Shown here one piece after another: positions 1-13,554 of a stretch of 64,000 bases of DNA. The notes under the pieces are model-generated. The model saw nothing but the letters and a program-made list of their open reading frames with translations, was not told where the DNA came from and made no database searches. Every line of letters starts with the position of its first letter. Within the stretch, counting starts at the first letter, position 1. The stretch is from Balanoglossus misakiensis (lineage: Eukaryota > Animalia > Hemichordata), in contig CM082578.2 in assembly GCA_040954595.2 (NCBI GenBank), positions 16,166,998 to 16,230,997 of the forward strand, read 5' to 3'. Position numbers and translations under genes: made by a program.

Positions 1-3000
1 ACTTATTTAAAGGTTAGTATATACGTCAAAAGTACCATTGGATACATATGGGAGATATCCAATTCCAATCACCGTGGAGACCGTGTGACTTCTCCAAAAT
101 TGAACTTGCAGACTTGAATTCAATGCTGCCAGTGTTACACCTTCAACCTTGTCTCTTCTTGTAGATTTCAGGGAAGATGAAAAGAAACCAGCTGCGTACT
201 TATTAGAAGGTGTCAAGACTATGTGCTCAGCACTCAGAAGTTGGACAATGAAAAAGGAGGTGGGTTCCATCTTGTAAAACAGATCCCTTATGACACTTAA
301 TTCATTTGACGGCTGTGTCCGACAAATCCATCCAAGCATTTGAAGCTAACAAAGTCAGTTACATCTGTACATTTGGTTGGGTTCATTCATGTATTCAGAG
401 CATTTCTCAAACATTACTTTCAAGTGGGTATTAAGGGCAGAGCGATTTTTACATCCAATTTCTATGCCATGTGAACTAAGCTGGGCAACTGACAGATATT
501 GTAATGTAATATGAACTTTAGTGATTTACTGGCAGCTGTAACAGTGCAGTAATAGTGTGATATAAGCTCTCATAGCACAATATGATCTAAGATGACCAAT
601 TAGCAGCTATTGTTATGCAGTGTGATCTTAGTGGATAACTGACAGCTGTAATAGTGCAGTTCTATGATATAAGTGGCAATTAACAGACCGGTCTTTATAG
701 CACAGTACAATCTAAGACGGTGATAATTATGTTCCACGCGTGTTCGTTATGACTGACAGCCCCTTTCAAATAATAATACCTTTTAGACACATTTGAAGTG
801 TATATAGCACACAGGAAAAGAGTCATTTCATAAAAATTATCCAAGGCATGTAATCTGACTAATGCCTGTATTGACTCTGAACTGATGTATTCTGTGTTTC
901 TGTCCGCGTTTCAACATGCACCAGACCTGAATACTTCCTTTACTTTTAATACTGCATGATTTACTAATCACTTCAAAACACTTGCTTTATGTGTTCTACT
1001 TTTTGCTTTGTCTTCATGTTGCCAATGATACAAATGGTAATGTTGATGTACGCTTACTTTACACACACTTAATATTTATATTATTAATTTCTACTCTACT
1101 GGAGAGAGAGACACACACACACATACAGGAGAGTAGTAACTCATTATTTTTTTCCTTTTTATTTTGAAATATTGAAACCAATGACCTGCCAGCTAAAAGA
1201 TGTGGCCATTGTAAGTCCTATTCTATGTTGTTGTGTTGTGCAGTGTTTGCATTTAGCAATGGCACAGGCATAGATTAGGATACCGTTATTGGTTGGGCGA
1301 GCCATGTAGGCCAAATTAGAAACCTTGAGATCCACTTGATCAAGAATGTTTCGCTATCATTGCATCCAGTGCTGATATATAATATTATATTCTCATCAAT
1401 AAGGATAACTGTAAATAGATAACAATGAGAATCGAGAAAGAATAGCAAAGAAGCATCAGCTCCAGCATGGCTCTCATTTACAAGTTAGCATTTCTGTGCT
1501 TTCCTTTCCTGTCAATACACCTGACCTCCCCTTCAGAAAAATAAGTCTACCCTACTGCTAGATGTTCTTGTATTTCACCATTTTAACTTATTTCTGTTGT
1601 GTTGGGTATAACTAATTATGTATATTTCTGTTTCTTTCCATTCACCTCACTTAATTATTTGTCACACCTGAGTTCAATTAAATATTTTACACGATGTATC
1701 AATTCTGATGAAATGGGAGCACAGTGTCCTTCACACTATTTTTTGTATCGTTTGGTTGCTATAGTTTTTCACCTTTCAAAAGCTCAGTAAAGATAAGACG
1801 AGGTGAGAATGACCATTGTAGAGTGTTCATTTTCAGTTTGAGTTATGGTTGTATATTTTTTCTTTCAGTACTTGAAACAGCATCAGCATGAAATCCCAGA
1901 GACAATCCAGTACAGTTCACTCATCAAAGAATTGAGTCGAGAACTTAAGCAGTTCGATGTAAGTGTACACATTACCAATAGCATTATATCATACATTGAT
2001 GGTGGTGCAAAAACAGCATTTTAATTGGTTGTGGCATAAAAATGTGATTTGGTGTTTTTTATTTCTCTAACCACAGCAAAAGACAACAGGGAAGAAAAAA
2101 GACAAAAAGAAAGGGAAAAAGAAGACAGCACCCTCACCCAAGCAGCAGATGGACTTGAATATCTTACACCAGCACACACAAGAGAAGCTACAGCAAGTGT
2201 CAGAGGAAATGTCACACCATCTGACACACAATCTGTCACCAGATCCATCATCGAATGAAATGAAGTTAGCACTAAATCAACAATTGTCTCACAGACTACC
2301 AGCACAAGTAGTTGCTCCAAGAGTACATGAGGTAAAGTCATACAACTGCCAGCACACATTGAGATATTCCAGCAAATGTAGATGCGACTTTTTACCAATT
2401 TCAGACCACATACATAGCTCTGCACCCAGTAAATATGGTTCTGTGATAAACTTTCATTCCTTACCAAATTAAGAGTGATTTGATCTTTTTGTCCACAGCA
2501 AGCTTACCATGCAATAGCTCAAGAACAGAAACCCGCAATCAAAGTTCGCATTCCAAAACCTGGTGCCTTAGTGGATGAGAAGAAAGAGGAGAAAGTCACA
2601 GACAATCAAATGTCAGCAGGATTAAAACTGGTTCTTTCCAATGGAAAGATTGTCAGGTTAGTTTGCTTTTCAATCCATTGATCACACACCGAATCAGTTC
2701 GAAGTTCTGTACGGTACTATAATTTCATCTGCCCTTTGCCTACAGTCGGAGTGGTTCTCCAAAACCCAAGAAAGAAAAAGGTGGTTTCCAACCATTAGTG
2801 AGTACAAGTAGTGAACTTTACGGTAGTGACAATGATGAGATCATAGTGGATGATGAACCGCCACAGAAAGCAAAGCCAGGACCTCTTAAGTTAAAATTAT
2901 CAAGTAAGTTCATCACTGTTTTTCAGACTTTTTAAACTACTGTAAACTGTTGTATTCAGTCAATGAATGAATTTATGTGCATGTACTGTGTAACGGGAAA

Positions 3001-4810
3001 CAAAAGGTCAGCTCTGCATAAATATTTCCATATTGCAGTCAATGGCAAGCCAGCAGTTTCAGAAGGTAACCAGGTCACATCTTCAATCCACATGGTTCCA
3101 GGCGGTTCTTTCCACTCCAGTCTGGACGACTACACAACAGCCACTACCACTGGCACGGAACAATCAGATTCCGGAGAAGACATCATTCCATCCGACAGAA
3201 GTCCCAGGGGACCACCGCCTCCCTATCCCGGCACTGTGTCAAACAAAATAGGAAGCATAGATGACTTGTTAGTTGCCAGCCAGTTTGATTTGCCACCACC
3301 ACCTACTGCCAATATGACCATTCTTGAAATTGAAGAGGAACTCAAGTAAGTCCCCGTCACCTAGTTTTACACAACATTTCACTACATTACACTATTAATG
3401 ACAATTAACACTCAATGAACTCGAAAATGTTTTTGGGTTGACCCATTATTAAAATAAATGAATCCAGCTCAGAAACATATGCTTACAGGTCATCTTACAG
3501 GATTACCTATAAGTGTCAGTTTGCTTTGTACTATCTTAGTATTAGCCAGAGTAATAATTTGATGAGGAATCCTGTTGAAATACCAACTAACTGTACATGT
3601 CTGTCACTAGGAATCAGCCAGCATCTCCAAGCACACACGAAGCTATTCAGGGAATGTTGTCCATCGGTTTACCAAAGACGACAGACAATGAGGTTTCAGT
3701 CCAACCGCATTCAACGGCCTTGTCGTCATTCATGAGTCTACCGCAAAGGTTGGCTTTTGAAGAAAGGGCCAAACCAAAAGAGAAGAGAATCTATGCTGAT
3801 TTAGAAGATAACCCAGATAGTCTTCCAACTTGTTTCCAAGATTCCAAATATGGTAAGAGTTGTTTCATTTCTTTCTCGGCAAGTAATCCTTGTGACATGC
3901 AGCCTGAAATAAACATCAGTGGAATGATCAAAATATGAAATTGACATCATTCTCTTCTACATTGCAGTGTACCCGACATTGGATGACGATGAAGGCCCAT
4001 TGTTCAAGTCAAGGTCAAAGAGGGTGAGACGAGATCCAGCTGATGCGCCCTGGAATCCCAAAGCCAAATTAGTCGCATCGTGTCCAAAACCAGACAGGCC
4101 TGTGCGGGATGCTGCCAAGAAACCCAACGTGGAATCTGGGCTTGCTGAGGCAGCAGCAAGGCTTGCAAACCAGGTATGAATCATGGAATTCACAAAGATT
4201 TTAAAATTTGAATGTTTGCATGTTATCTTTCTTTGGGATGTCCACTTACAGTTTTCATTAGCTCTGTCAGAAACACAGAGCTGATGGCATGATCAGCTCC
4301 ATGTTGCCTGTTTCACATGTACATCGCAGACATTTTTAATATCAATCTTGTTTGCACCGAGGCACTGTCTCAAAGGGAATGTCCTCTCTTTGCATCTGCA
4401 GCCACGACCAAAGAGGCAGTACATCAGGAAGAAATCAGTGGAGAAACCAGTGGCAGAAGAACCAGTAGTAGTCCCCTCTACATCCGGGGTCAATTTGAGT
4501 CATTCCATGGGCACAGGTGCATTCCGGGCGCAGATTAGTGGAGGAATGAATCTGTCCAGCAGTGCTCCGGGCTCTCTTCTGAAAGATGCGTTGAAGGACA
4601 AAGATCTGGCTGCCAAATGTGAGTGTAATCGCATTAATATGGAGTGTCTTTTTTTCTGTGTCAACCGTTTTTTGCATAGTGAGGGCTGAAGTTTGTTAAC
4701 GTGATTGCGTTTATGTTACAGCCAAGAAACCCAAGAAAGGAATGGCAACAGCCAAACAACGATTGAGCAAGATTCTCAAGTTACAGAAAGGAGGACGATT
4801 GATTCTCTGA
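1..4810 (+). CDS. PHF8: PHF8/KDM7/PHF2-family JmjC histone lysine demethylase, 3' portion (5' end outside window), multi-exon
   Basis: Approximate spliced exons: 1-12, 165-259 (FREDEKKPAAYLLEGVKTMCSALRSWTMKKE), 1869-1958 (YLKQHQHEIPETIQYSSLIKELSRELK), 2077-2331, 2499-2657 (LKLVLSNGKI), 2746-2903, 3039-3345, 3611-3853, 3968-4173 (YPTLDDDEGPLFKSRSKR...DAPWNPKAKL), 4402-4618 and 4722-4810. The last exon ends KKGMATAKQRLSKILKLQKGGRLIL*, the characteristic KDM7-family C-terminus. Probably co-orthologous to PHF8, PHF2 and KDM7A. Confidence 0.9.
470..730. repeat. Degenerate intronic tandem duplication / old minisatellite
   Basis: actggcagctgtaacagtgcagt (~528) matches actgacagctgtaatagtgcagt (~638). 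atagcacaatatgatctaagatg (~572) matches atagcacagtacaatctaagacg (~698). Confidence 0.5.
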
Positions 4811-7800
4811 TCCTGGCTGATATTGGGCATGGATGTTTTCTTGATTATAACCCGTATCAAAGAATGATTCTCAGATAACCGCACTGATATGAAAGATAAG
4901 TCTCTCTGTGGTCACTGAGATGAAAAACCATATTCCTGATAGCATCTAATATTAGAGGCATTTTTCGGATACGAGCTGATATTAGTCTGTTTCTCATATA
5001 TTTCCTGCTATTAGAGCCATGTTCTCTGATAATATTTGATATTAGAGACAAACTTTTCATAGTCAATTCTAGAGACTGCCATAGTGAAATATTCCCAGTG
5101 TACAGTACAACCTATTTATAATAATTGCTATCAGATTTTCTAATGTATATGACTATGCAAGGATTTCAGATGTTTTGGTTTATTTAAGAAAACACTAATA
5201 TAAATGCCTGTGAAATGATTCTTCTGTCTGTAGATCTTTGATTTTGCCCTAGTCTTCATCTGTCACTTTCTCTTTTCTTTTGAAAGTTCAATTTCCAGAA
5301 TAGGTTTTGATATGTAAATATCCTTGTTTTACACACATCTGGTTAGCAATACAGGTTCAAAAGAGAAGTTGCTTTTTCACACTCTTTGAAGGGTATGGGC
5401 ATTTCTTTGTAACTATTTTTGTATAAAAAAATATGCTACTGAACGGGTTGATACAGCACATATCTTTTGAAGCGTAGACACAATTTTCTTGAATTTGCAG
5501 ACACCAGCTGCTCTAATGGCTAAGTAGAAAATAATAATTTTCACAATCTTTTTTTCTTCCAAACATTACCTATCTTTTCTTCTTATTTTTTATAAAAAGT
5601 AAATCCCAAATCTGCTGCTTTTGCGGCTTATAAATAAACTTTTCTACGAGTCATTGAAAGGAAAATTTATGAATCACAGTTTAGGGTTCACAATATTTCT
5701 GAGTTATTAAACGGAAGTTTCACTTGTCATAATGCCGATTGAAATTTCAATTTCCCACACTTTTGATTTCTTTAATTGGTTTTACTTTAAAAATTTGTAT
5801 CTTTGGAAACTGAAGTATTCATGTTAACCTTGATACCAGTTTGTATTAGTTACCATAAAATACCGGTAGATAGTCATAATTAGTGAGAGTCGGTTACATC
5901 TTATAGTACCGAATGTTTTTTTTAAATCTTTGTTTGACTGGTTTGTGCAATAGTGTCCCCCTTTCCCTCACCTGCTAACAGCCATGGGATTTGCGTGGTC
6001 TGTCGCCAATCATATTTCGTACACAGCTATGTATTTTGTCTATAAAGCTAATGGTATTTAGAGAGGTCTTTTTGCTGGCAGTGCTATACCATTTGCTGTC
6101 CGTTTATTGAACAGAACAGTTCACTGCAATGTCTGTCTTTTGGATCAGATACTAGTAATTCAGAAGCTCAAGTTTAAAAGGCATCTTCCAGCACCACAAT
6201 GACCAATTGCATACAGGTTACTTTTCTAGTTAATATTGTCTTTAGCCAATTGATGCTCTCACCCTCTTGCATTGTCCACTTGCATGGGTCATTGGCCTGA
6301 CTACAGTCTCCATATTTTTGGAGAGCAATGACCTTGGCGGGCGAAGATGACCTTGTGAAATGATGAATGTATCATCTCAGGTTTACATCATCACTGTCAC
6401 ACGCCACCACTACCGGTACTTCAAAATCAAAACTTCAATATTCATAACATCTGCGGGAACAGAAAGCAATAATAATAGAACTACATGACCTCTGTGTATG
6501 ATCTCTACTGTACAGAAATCATTTGCTCTCATGATGCAGAGTATTCACTCACTGTGCTCACGAAAAAAAATGACTCGGAATACACTAATATATGACAATA
6601 ACTTTTATGGCACAGATTGTGTGCAGAGGCTATCAAATTTTAATCATACGACTGTTTGAGAACATATTCCTGCAGTCAACTAAAATTCACAGTAGACAAA
6701 GTTGTAAAATTATATCACAGAAAACTTCATTAACTGGTTTTATTGAAACTGCTCAATCAGTATCACTATTTATATGATGAATAAAAATTTAAGATGCCTG
6801 TCATACTCAAGAACAATCTTGGATAGTTTTTTTTTTTGAAGAGAGAAACAAATAGCTGATCTTGATTGTTCTTGATACATTTACTGAAAAATTGATTACA
6901 GGCGGTTGATGACATTTTCATCAAACATTTCCCCTCCCCTCCCCTCCAAGCTTACTCTGTATAAAACTGGTCTCCAGTGTGTCAAAGTGACAATTGGACA
7001 TTCTATCTGTCACTGCTGATGATACATGTGGTTCAGTATCATTCTGAAGACTGCATGGATAAAATATTCCAGCTGAATAATTCTTCTCATCTACCAATTC
7101 AAACCATTCAGAGCAAGTTTTTTTGTTTTAAAAAGGATCAGTTCTTCTTCAGAGAACTCTTGAATTTTTATTTTTACCTGTACAATTGTAAATGCTTGCT
7201 GCTGACACCATGCTTTTCCTTAATTTCCTTCAACAATTTTGATCAGTGTAATATTTTATTTATTATTGATTCTTTGAAGAAAAAGAGATGTAACCATTTG
7301 TGTTCCGATTTAGAATGTACATAAAACAATATGGTTTTGTTTCTTTTGGGGGATTAGTACTGAAGTTCATCAGGCAGATAGATTTTCATACACCATTTTC
7401 TTCTGTGAAAGCATGCGGTTCCGTAATTGGAACTGGCCCACATTAAAAAATTATTGTGTAAATACTGCATTTCTTCCAGTTTTTGGTTTTTATGACGTAA
7501 CAGCGCCCTCACTGAGTCATAGCCAGTATGTTAATCTGGTTGCCAGGCCCGTTCTCATGAGCGAAACCCAAAATAAATTAGCGGGTATTAATTGAAGATT
7601 TTAGCGATAACTCTATACTGTTTAGAATAGCCTACGTTTGACTTGTGAATGCATGTCACGTTAAACTATTTGCCTATTATTTACTAATTTGCCTGGCTGG
7701 TTTTGCAGCTATTGTGAATAGTCGATGTTTGGATATTTACCTCTGGTATTAAACAGTGCACAAAATTCTAAGTCGAACCGGGACGTTAGGCGAGACACAA

Positions 7801-10800
7801 TTACAAACTCTTATAACAGTTCATATCGATCTGGCGCAGAGTCGTAAAGCCCTGATGTCGGCAACATCAAAGAGTCGCAGGCGTTCTCTCCGTCTGTTTA
7901 TATTCCCACAAATCTGTCATTTCGATATTGCGGCCACATTAATCATAACCAGTGCGGTTAAAAAAAAGAGGACATTGGCTTATGAACGGCGATTGTTTCT
8001 TTCCGACGCTACCTGTCTTGTTTTCTCTCGTTTCATACAACGATTACATAGAACACCGTGTGTTCACAGTGAAATCGAGATCATGCTACTGTACCCTATT
8101 TCAATTTCTCCCCGGTATATGAGAGAAACGGGACTCTGACAGAAACGGACTTTGAATACTATGTCAAAGTCACGGTGGTTAATAATCGTCTCTATGGATT
8201 CAATTAATTAAAGTGAATACCATTAGATCAATCTTGCGTCCTACACCGCACACGAACAGGTGTTTATAGTAGCTATTAGCATGTGATTCACCGTCGAAAG
8301 CGTGCAATTTGAAATTCTGGATATGGTAACTTTGAACTTCACCGCTATATATGGTGCGAACCATATCATTCTGTTTGATTTGGGCGGCCTGTTGTTACAA
8401 CGAATTTACATAGATTAATTTTCGTAACATTCTGTTAGATACTCAATGACTAAATTCATGAGTCAGAGTTGCCGTAAAAGAAAAGTAGTGCAGTCAAACC
8501 TCACAAGTTTTATTAATGGAAACATCAAAGAGGATGACCCTTTGGAAATCGAGTTACGCCCGTAATTACCGTCTCGTTTCCCACTGCAGGAAAGCAACAG
8601 TTATACAAAGCCTTCAAACAATCCGTCATCAATGTGTATAGCCCAGGTGCACGCCATAAATAAAGTACAATCGGCAGTAGAACGGAAACCGGCTCACAAA
8701 GCTCTGGTTTTAAGCGGGCGTATAAAGCGCGGTACAAACGACATGTATCATAATAACAAAATGGAAGTGAAATTATCAACACGGCCTTGCGGTTGTAATT
8801 TTTATTGCAATGATATTTATCACCGATTCGCTGTAATAAGGCCCCTTTGCACTAATATGCTTTTCATTGTAGCTATTAGAGTTGTGACCATATTGCTGCA
8901 GATTGGTTATCACATAGGCTCAAATTTTTCACCTTATGAAGTGTTAAGCACACCCTTTGTTCCAGATGCAATTGTGTAAAAGAATTTGTCAGTGAATTTC
9001 CCACCCGGCAGTGATAATAATCGTAAAGTTTTGTTGTTAAACGCATAATAGATTGTGTTATGTTTAGATTATACAATAAGGGTGTCATCCCATAAAGGTA
9101 ACTATCGTTCAGACATATGGCATTTGCAAAGATTCCGGGAGTTTTACGAAGATTCCATAATGCCGACGAAGAACTCTCGTGAATGATGGAAAATTGCCGT
9201 TTTGATCACGTGACCTAGTCTAAATTGAGTTCTGTAAATAAACAAAACAAAGCAAAACAAAATGATGGGATGATAGAAGAATAATGGGGAAAGTGTACCA
9301 TTCTATTTTTTTTTTCATGGTGGAAACTCGGCTGTCGCAAACAGCAAGTGCATGTACCTGTTGAAAAACCATCATCAGATAATCGATGTAGGCCTACCTC
9401 AAAAGTTTTGATTTGTGGTAAAATCAGACCCCGTGGTTTTTGACGTTTATCAAAAAAAGTATTGCAGCGAAAAGAAAACAACGTATTGCTGAAATCGTTT
9501 ATCCGGGAATGGATTGTGGAATGGGTACAAAAAAATCAAGAATCTCTTCATCAGGGCCATATGGCCACATGTATTTTAGGCTGGTCAAATGTGACTGATT
9601 AAGACCATTAGCTTGTGAGAATAAGGGTTTATCAAATATGTACCTGTTGGCGGCTTCTTTGGTAACACAGCTGACGATGCCGACCCAACTTTTCTACTTC
9701 AGAAATAAACTACTTCGCCCCTTTTTAATTTTCCCGGTGACAGTACTGTGTAAATTTAATTTTCTAGTGAAGAGTGTCAATACTATTTTATTTATAAGTG
9801 TATTTGATTTTTTCAAAGGCTATACCGTCTTCCTCTTCATAAGGAAAGCAAACATTTCACTTGAAATACACACGTTACGAGGATAATGAATTCGATCATA
9901 GAAGTCAGATCTTTCCCCACAGTGCACTGTGTATAATATAATTCAATTGAAGTGAGCGCACGTGTTGTTAAGCCCGACAAGTACACAATCGTTTCTGTAT
10001 ATTCAGTTGATGGATTTGAAAATAAACGCATATAATTCGGATATATGCTCTTGCATTTTCCATTCATAAATTTATTTTACCACGAAGTGATTTCAAATAC
10101 TTTGGCGATATATATATCGAATTCATTATTGAACTGGTAATCCGTGGCATTGGGGTGCGCCGCATATACTACGGTGACCACAGTTGCATTGTTGAGTTTT
10201 TCTCACTTGTGATGAGTTGTTTAGTAGTATTATCGTAAACCGATTGTTGACCTCAATGCAAGATGGTGAGGTCATCCTTTTAGATGTGATCTGCGCAAAG
10301 TGCTCTGCCTGGATTCGTTTGAATGGTATGTAAAGAGCAGCTGTTGTGTCGGTTTTCCATTTGAAGATGAACACCGGGAAAATCCGCAGCATTTGGGTTC
10401 TGGATTTTTGAATTATCTTTTACCCGCCATCTGTGAGTTAGAAGGGTCCCTCGGGGCATCGCGGAAAAGTCACATGAAATCGCAATGAGTTCACCGTCAA
10501 AATTCTTTATGCGGAAATTGCAATTATCATCCTCATCTTATTACTCTTAACCGCCGCGCTCCGTCACGGTTGTTCGCGGAGAACGTTTGAGAGCCACGCA
10601 ATATAATTTTTCAACCAATCATTAAAAAAATCGTGCCTCGGGGAGAAAAGAATGTCATCTTTGCAGCCCACTTAACCGGTTGCCGACAAAGTTGAACGGC
10701 GCCTTTTTGGCACCTGTCCGACCGACTGAAAGTCGCGCGCTCATCGCCGCTTTTCAGATTAGTAGACTGCACAGAGACCGACTTGATGTACAAAGGCTTG

Positions 10801-11139
10801 AACATAAAGAAACACATTTCCAAGTCGCCGGAAATGTTGTATTTTCGTTTCTTAATTTGATACCCTTTTACAGAAACGTAAAAAAGAGATACGGATCGTT
10901 CGTTCATCGACTTTTATTGTGCATCAACATCCAAGCTGTTGTGAAGTGTACAAATATGCTTCTGTGTCCATTATTGCATATAAGTTTGCACACCGTTCAA
11001 AGGTCCTATCAGGTGATGGTAACACAATAACATAGCATTCACAAAATATTGCAAAGTGCACTTTGTTTCCACCGTTGGAGATTCGTAGCCTCATAATAGT
11101 ACTACAGTGATGGGTGACATACCACTTTGCTCACGCGGC

Positions 11140-11675
11140 ATTGATTGGACGAGGACAAAAATTTCTTTTGATGTGATGCGCCCCACAGCTAAAGGTATCG
11201 CAATGAGATCAAACTGTCGGCATGGTTTGTTGTTTTTTATGGCTCCACCCACCGTATGGTCAGAACCAGGCAGTTGAGTCAGACCTTTTTGAAGCGTTTT
11301 TTTCAGTCGATTCTTCCTGTAATCCCGCGATCTTTGATTGGTGCTTGTTTTAACCAGCGCCTACAAAGCGGAAATAACTAGGAATCGATTTTTATGTATG
11401 AAATATACCGATCAGCTGACAGACTGCATCTTGTATACCGCATACAGACCACAAAAGTTAAAATTCATGTACATATTTATTTAAACGTCTGCCTGGCTTT
11501 GTGCGACCCGCCATCCGCATCCGAATGTATGTACATCGATGACGTTAGCTTTCTGAAATGTAGATGATCAATCATAGGGGAGGGGGTTTAAAAGATAGAA
11601 TCGACAAGGGCGGTGATAGCCTGGCAGTCGACGTCTATATATATAGTGAGTAACCCCCCGGCTCCGCCAGTGACA
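11140..11675 (+). promoter_or_regulatory. Putative promoter of the BH3-motif ORF
   Basis: TATATATATA at 11636-11645, about 30-40 nt before ATG 11676. Reverse CCAAT boxes at ~11144 and ~11337, AP-1 TGAGTCA at 11275-11281, CRE-like TGACGT at 11540. CpG-rich relative to the introns. Confidence 0.5.
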
Positions 11676-11927
11676 ATGGAATTTGGTTATTGTAGTGACG
11701 ATGATGCTGCGGTTCTGGCTGCAAGGATCGGTTCCCGACTGCGCATGATGGGCGACTTGGTAGAAGTCCGCTACGGAACCAACTCATTGATTTACACCTT
11801 GTACTACTGCAAGTTTTACATTGTATACTACCTGGGCGGATTGCTGAGTGAAAGTCGGTGTAACGTGCAAGTCAACCACTGCAGCCACACAGCCAAGTCA
11901 GAAGACAGACGGCGTAGGCAAGGTTGA
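11676..11927 (+). CDS. Candidate BH3-only pro-apoptotic protein (83 aa, intronless CDS)
   Basis: ATG in good context (acaATGg). The protein MEFGYCSDDDAAVLAARIGSRLRMMGDLVEVRYG... contains I-G-x-x-L-x-x-M-G-D-x-V, fitting the BH3 consensus. A hydrophobic/aromatic stretch LIYTLYYCKFYIVYYLGGLL and a basic tail RRRRQG follow. No BH1 NWGR motif is visible. Confidence 0.65.
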   Translation: MEFGYCSDDDAAVLAARIGSRLRMMGDLVEVRYGTNSLIYTLYYCKFYIVYYLGGLLSESRCNVQVNHCSHTAKSEDRRRRQG

Positions 11928-13539
11928 ACATTTCTCCGTTTGACATTCCTTTTTATATCAACTGACAATTATTTTGACGGTTTAACCGAAGTATTTGTAT
12001 GTGGGTGTACCTGGTCCTTGGGCTGGGAAGCCGAACACGTGGATTTATCAACAAGAACCCACGCACCACCATGCTAATGGCCAACAATTAGCACGGTAAG
12101 TTATACCCTAGTATTTACACGCACGTGTCTCGATACAGTAATTGAAACGACCACACATTGTCAACAGTCCATTAGGAAATTTCTATTGACCAGCAGATCA
12201 CCTGAAAACTAGTTAACGTATACGTGATACGGAAGGAAACATGATAAAATGTAACAATCTATTAGCTTATAACCGGCATGGCACTTTACTTTGCCAAAGC
12301 AAAGAGTAGTATAACGAAAATTTTAGTGTATCCAAGTTCGCATGAATCGCCCACCGACAAATATAGGTCACTGATTTCTGATGGTACAAGAGTAGCAGTT
12401 TTATTTTAAAGATGGCCATGTTTTTTAATAAGCAAATTTCCTCCCCGGTAAGTCTTAAAGCACCTCTCTTGCAAACTTACAAATCAAGGTTACTATACAC
12501 AAAGACTTGTCTCTTTGTTTTAAAAGCATTTTTTATTACATTTGCAAAGTACAGGTCTACTGTATTAGTAAGTAATATTCTACAATAATATACTTTTCAC
12601 ACTGGAAAATATATAACTTGTCCTAAAGGACCATGTCAAGCAAAAATTATTATAATGCTTTTAGCTTCAAATTTCTTGTGCCTTCTGTATAAATAAGTTT
12701 CAAGACAGATATGTACCGTATTTTCTGCCAGTTTTACATCTGACAATTTTGCTTTGTAAGCTGTAAACATTGCAAGATGATATTTAATTAATAGGTGATG
12801 TTTTTCTTGATGAAGTCGGCACCCAGAGAATATTTTTCAAACAGATTTGAATATTAATTTTGTAAATATTGTTGATATTGAAATTTATTATTTATTTCCC
12901 CGAAATGAAAACGTTACTGTTTTCATCTTCTTTGGAATAATCACAGTTTTGCGATTCTACTTGTTTCCATCATGATTAAATTTTGAATGTTTCCCATAAA
13001 ATCATCAAGTTGATATCATCATGAACTAATTCTTTCTATATAAAATGTGAATATGATTTTATATCCTTAATTAATTGCTTGTCAAATTCGTTATATTTAA
13101 AGTCACAGAACACTTTACATTGTCCATGACTGTCCTTAAAAATGCTGATTTTCCATTTCTATATCTCCTTAAAAAATAGTAGTTTCTCTCAAATCTTTAA
13201 GTGCATAGTTTCCCCATATAATTTGTGCTATATTCTGACATTCATTCATTTCATACAAAAAGTATAATATCTCTCTGTAAAATGCTGGAATATTATTTTT
13301 CGTTTTGTTCATTGAATGTAAATATCATAGGACATGATCGCCAACTATAAACTATTCTAATCTTTTTATAATATTCTGAGGCATTTCTGTTAGACAGGAA
13401 AATCTGGATAATGCCAGAGATTTTAATATGCTGATCTTTCCAAATACTGATAGGTGTCTACATTTTCACTTGTCCTTCTCAATAAGTGGACAATGTAACA
13501 TAATTATTTGCAGGTTTCATGTTAACAATAACATGATGA

Positions 13540-13554
13540 AATAAAATTTTTATT
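13540..13554. terminator. Bidirectional polyadenylation signal between convergent genes
   Basis: AATAAAATTTTTATT contains AATAAA on + (13540-13545) and AATAAA on - (13549-13554). It lies between the BH3 ORF (+) and the MYND gene (-). Confidence 0.45.

Noticed and set aside
7413-11030. Short ORFs of 60-127 aa in the upstream intergenic region
   Set aside because: No recognisable motifs, mostly non-ATG starts and no coherent splice structure.
11613-11675. GTG-initiated N-terminal extension of the BH3 ORF
   Set aside because: It runs through the TATA-like box; ATG 11676 is the plausible eukaryotic start.
12503-12512. p53 response element near the BH3 candidate (AGACTTGTCT)
   Set aside because: Only one perfect half-site with no adjacent second half-site; expected by chance.
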